NCBI RefSeq assembly: GCF_004010195.1
Contig: NC_057752.1
Span: forward strand, 12,836,381 to 12,900,380
Direction: 5' to 3'
DNA length: 64,000 nucleotides
Origin: Chiloscyllium plagiosum
Lineage: Eukaryota
Shown here in pieces: positions 59,930-64,000 of the stretch. The translations under genes were made by a program, and so were the position numbers. Each line of letters begins with the position of its first letter. Position 1 is the stretch's first letter. A model generated the notes under the pieces. That model made no database searches. It was not told the DNA's origin and saw nothing but the letters and a program-made list of their open reading frames with translations.

Positions 59930-60895
59930 TCATTCTCTAATCATCTTGTATGCCTCCATTACGTCACCACTTAACCTTCTTCTCTGTGTCAAAAACAGCC
60001 TCAAGTCCCTCAGCCTTTCCTCATAAGACCTTCCCTCCATACCAGGCAACATCCTGGTAAATCTCCTCTGCACCCTTTCCAAAGCTTCCACACCCTTCCT
60101 ATAATAGGATGACCAGAACTGTACGCAATACTCCAAGTGTGGCCGCACCAGAGTTTTGTACAGCTGCAAAATGACCTCGTGGTTCCAAAACTCAATCTCT
60201 CTACCAATAAAAGCTAACACATCATATGTTTTCTCAATAACCCTATCAACCTTGAGGGCAACTTTCAGGGATCTGTACATGGACAGATGGACACCGAGAT
60301 CTCTCTGCTCATCCACACTACCACAAATCTTACCATTAGCCCAGTGTTCTTTATTCCTGTTGCTCCTTCTAAAGTGAATCACCTCACACTTTTCCGCATT
60401 AAACTCCATTTGCCACCTCTCAGCCCAGCTCTGCAGCTTATCTATGTCCCTCTGTAACCTGCAACATTCTTCAGCACTATCCACAATTCCACCAACTTTA
60501 GTGTCATCCGCAAATTTACTAACCCATCCTTCTACGCCCTCATCCAGGTCATTTATAAAAATGACAAACAGCAGTGGCCCCAAAACAGATCCTTGTGGTA
60601 CACCACTCATAACTGAACTCCAGGATGAATGTTTCCCATCAACCACCATCCTCTGTCTTCTTTCAGCTAGCCAATTGCTGATCCAAACCGCTAAATCACC
60701 CTCAATCCCATGTCTCTGTATTTTGTGCAGTAGCCTACTGTGTGGAATCTTATCAAATGCCTTACTGAAATCCACATACCCCACATCAACTGCTTTACCC
60801 TCATCCACCTGTTTGGTCACCGTCTCAAAGAACCCCATAAGGTTTGTGAGGCGCGACCTACCCTTCTGAAAACAATGTTGACAATCCTTAATCAA
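59930..60895 (-). pseudogene. Uninterrupted 321-aa stretch of CR1 reverse transcriptase
   Basis: DFSKAFDKIPH, GVPQGSVLGPLLFVIFIND, KFADDTK, WQMEFNAEKC and RPHLEYCVQFW; flanking ORF2 parts are frameshifted. Confidence 0.92.
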
Positions 60896-61365
60896 ATTAT
60901 TCCTTTCTACATGATTATAAATCCTATCTCTTATATAATCCTTTCCAAACCTTTGCCCACACCCGAAGTAAGGCTCACTGGTCTATCATTACCAGGGTTG
61001 TCTCTACTCTCCTTCTTGAACAAGGGGACAACATTTGCTATCCTCCAGTCTTCTGGCGCTATTCCTGTAGACAGTGATGACATAAAGATCAAAGCCAAAG
61101 GCTCTGCAATCTCCTCCCTGGCTTCCCAGAGAATCCTAGGATAAATCCCATTCGGCCCAGGGGACCTATCTATTTTCACACTTTCCAGAATTGCTAACAC
61201 CTCCTCCTTGTAAATCTCAATCCCAGCTAGTCTAATAGACTGTATCTCAGTATTTTTCTTAACAACATTGTCTTTTTCCAGTGACAAAAAATATTTATTT
61301 AGCACCTCTCCTATCTCTTCGGACTCCTTGCACAACTTCCCACTACCGTCCTTGACCGGCCCTAA

Positions 61366-62238
61366 ACTCGCCCTAAATAGACAGCCAGGAGGCTGGAAAA
61401 ACACCACAAGCCAGGCAGCATTAGGAGGTGGAGAAGTCAAAGTTTCGGGTGTAACCCTTCCTCAAGACTGGGGGTGAGTGTAAAGGGAAGCTGCAGATAA
61501 AGGGGGTGGCAGATGCAGGATGATGAAGTGGGGATAGGTGAAGACAGGTAGAGTGTATGACCTGGTTGGTCAATGGGAGGAATAAATCCGGTTGGTGGTA
61601 GGGAGCAGTGGAAAGGAGGGGGAGGAGCTTGCAAGGGAGTCTGGGGATGAGGAGGATGTTATTTGAAATTGGAGAACTCAACGTTGAGTCCTCTGGGTCG
61701 TCGGCTGCCCAGGCGGACGCTGAGGTGTTGTTCCTTCGATTTGCGGTTTGGTTTGTTTTGGCAATGGAGGAGGCTGAGGATGGTCATGTCGGAAAGGGCA
61801 TGGAAAGGAGAATTGAAATGGGCGGGGACTGAGAGGTCAGGTTGGCCCCTGAGAGCCTGGCTGTGATGCTCGGTGAACTGTTCCCTAAGTTAATGTTCAG
61901 TCTCCCCGATGTAGAGAAGACCACATAGAGAGCCACTGATGCAGTAAACTAGGTTTAGCTGGGTCTGCAGGGACCGACTGGACCTCCCAGTCACCGCCCA
62001 TTTCAATTTCCCCCATTGACCAACCTGGTCGTACTCTCTACCTGTCTTCACCTATCCCCACCTCACCACCCCGCCCCCGCCACCCCCTTTATCTGCAGCT
62101 CCCCCCACACCCACCCCCAGTCCTGAAGGAGGGTTACACCCGAAACATCGAGTTCTCCACCTCCTGATGCTGCTTGGCTTGCTGTGTCCCAGCCTCCTGC
62201 CTGTCTACTTGGATTCTAGCATCTGCAGTGTTTTTTGT
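61366..62238. mobile_element. Inverted PLE insertion inside the CR1
   Basis: Minus part 61376-61955 has NLVYCISGSLCGLLYIGET and a terminal repeat; plus part 61960-62238 repeats the terminus (cCTGAAGGaGGGTtacACCCGAAA); ccctaa at 61360-61365 and 62239-62244. Confidence 0.85.
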
Positions 62239-63499
62239 CCCTAATCTTACTCTAGTCATTCTTTTATTCCCGACATACCTATGGAAAGCTTTCCTTGATC
62301 CTATCCACCAATGAATTCTCATATCCCCTCCTGGCTCTTTGTAGCTCTCTCTTTAGGTCCTTCCTGGCTAACTTGTAACTGAGCCTTCACGTCTCATCCT
62401 AACACAAGCCGCCTTCTTCCTCTTGACAAGAGATTCAACTTCTTTAGTTAACCACGGTTCCCTCGCTTGACCACTTCCTCCCTGCCTGACAGGTCCATTC
62501 TTATCAAAGACATGCCGTAACTGTTCCTTGAACAGGCTCCATGTTTCAATTCTTCCCATCCTCTGCAGTTTCCTTCCCCAACTTGTGCATCCTAAATCTT
62601 GTCTAATCACATCATAATTGCCTTTCTCTCAGCTGTAACTCTTGCCCTGCGGTATATACCTGTCTCCCTCCATCGCTAAAGTAAACATAACCGAATTGTG
62701 ATCACTATTACCAAAGTGCTCACTTACCTCCAAATCTAACACCTGGCCAGGTTCATTACTCAGTACCAAATCCAATGTGGCCTCACTCCTTGTTGGCCAG
62801 TCTACATACTATGTCAGAAAACCCTCCTGCACACATTGGACAAAAAGCTCACCCATCTAAAGTGCTCAAATTGTAGCGGTTCCAGTCAATATTTGGAAAG
62901 TTAAAGTCCCCCATAACAACTATCCTGTTACTTTCACTCCTATCCAGAATTATCTTTGCTATCCTTTCCTGTACATCCCTAGAACTATTTGGAAGCCGAT
63001 AGAAAACTCCCAACAGGGTGACCTCTCCTTTCCTGTTTCTAACCTTAGCCCATGCTACCTCTGTAGATGAGTCCTGAAACGTCCTTTCTGCCACTGTAAT
63101 ACTGTCCTTGACTAACAGTGCCCCGCTTCCCCCTCTTTTACCACCTTCCCTGATCTTACTGAAACATCTGAACTCCGGACCCTGCAACAACCATTCCTGT
63201 TCCTTCTCTATCCACGCCACAACAAGAAAGTTCCAAGTACCAACCCATGCTGCAAGTTCACCCACCATATTCTGGATGCTCCTGGCATTGAAGTAGACAA
63301 AATTCAAAACCACCTTCCTGCTTGCCGGTACACTCCTGTGACCTTGAAACGTTATTCATGACCTCACTACTGTCAACCTCCTGTGCACTGGAGCTACAAT
63401 TCAGGTTCCCATTCCTCTGCTAAATTAGTTTAAATTTTCAATCATTTATACTTCTTGTTAGCGTATTAGCCAGGATTCATCTCTCTTAACTTATCAGCA

Positions 63500-63720
63500 A
63501 TCTCTTTTTGTTTGCTGATCCCTTTCACCCCTCTCCCTGGGCTCTATCTCCATGTACTCTACTAAGTCCCCACTCCATGATCAGCATAAATATTACCCAT
63601 ACCAAGTTAACTTCAGTTCTAAAGAAGGCTCACTGGACCTGAAACATTAACTCTGTTTCTCTCTCCACAGATGCTGCGAGATGTGCTGTGTTTCTCCAGC
63701 TGTTTCTGTTTTAATATTCC
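63500..63720 (+). mobile_element. Decayed PLE 3' end and terminal repeat
   Basis: cagttctaaagaaggctcactggacctgaaacattaactctg...cacagatgctgc similar to 16960-17065 and 17357-17460. Confidence 0.7.
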
Positions 63721-64000
63721 TATTTGTCTGATCAGCAGCACACCATTTGCCTGATAGATGGACAGCACACACTCTCCCTGGAGGGACACACTCTAAGTTG
63801 GAGAAGTTCCAAGATGTAGAGATTGACACCCCCCACCTTCCTCCAAAGCAATTTGGTTAGGACCTCCCTTCTTAGGGTTTCACATATTTGGAGCAAATCT
63901 TGCCAGTGAGAAGTATTTTCCAGTCAGGACTTGCAAGTTGTATACTGTCTCCATGTCTGAAATACAGCACAGAGACAGACCATTCAGCCTGACCTGTTCA

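Larger units (their letters stand above)
59616..63434 (-). mobile_element. CR1 LINE covering essentially all of ORF2 plus 3' UTR, interrupted by a PLE insertion
   Basis: FVYFNARSI, GVFYR, VMGDFNFPNIDW, RSPGPNGIYPRIL, full RT and tail agaacatagaaca; 5' end at the tttaaactaa ORF1-stop motif. Confidence 0.95.

Noticed and set aside
59930..60895. 321-aa ORF as a functional or domesticated gene
   Set aside because: Standard CR1 RT within an element whose other parts are frameshifted and interrupted by a PLE.

Overview
Eukaryotic, repeat-dominated non-coding DNA, almost certainly from a cartilaginous fish (shark). The inference rests on HE1/V-SINE-like SINEs, CR1/HER1-like LINEs and Deu-domain-like SINEs. 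I recognise no host protein-coding exon; every ORF with a recognisable product is a decayed retrotransposon piece. Main content: (i) many CR1 LINE copies, including one with an SGNH-esterase ORF1 and a deleted RT core (991-4507) and one near-complete ORF2 (59616-63434, minus); (ii) a second CR1-group LINE family ('LINE-B') and a tRNA-derived SINE sharing its tail; (iii) L2 ends and Deu-like SINEs; (iv) numerous Penelope-like element (PLE) remnants with GIY-YIG/RT fragments and terminal repeats carrying minimal hammerhead-ribozyme motifs; (v) a ~70-bp minisatellite; (vi) two assembly gaps. The most striking pattern is a set of short PLE inserts from at least three sequence families. Several are fold-back hairpins, most have 11-20 bp target-site duplications, and their breakpoints repeatedly fall in or next to the hammerhead core. 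All family names come from motif recognition by eye, not database searches. Element boundaries are approximate unless a TSD is quoted.
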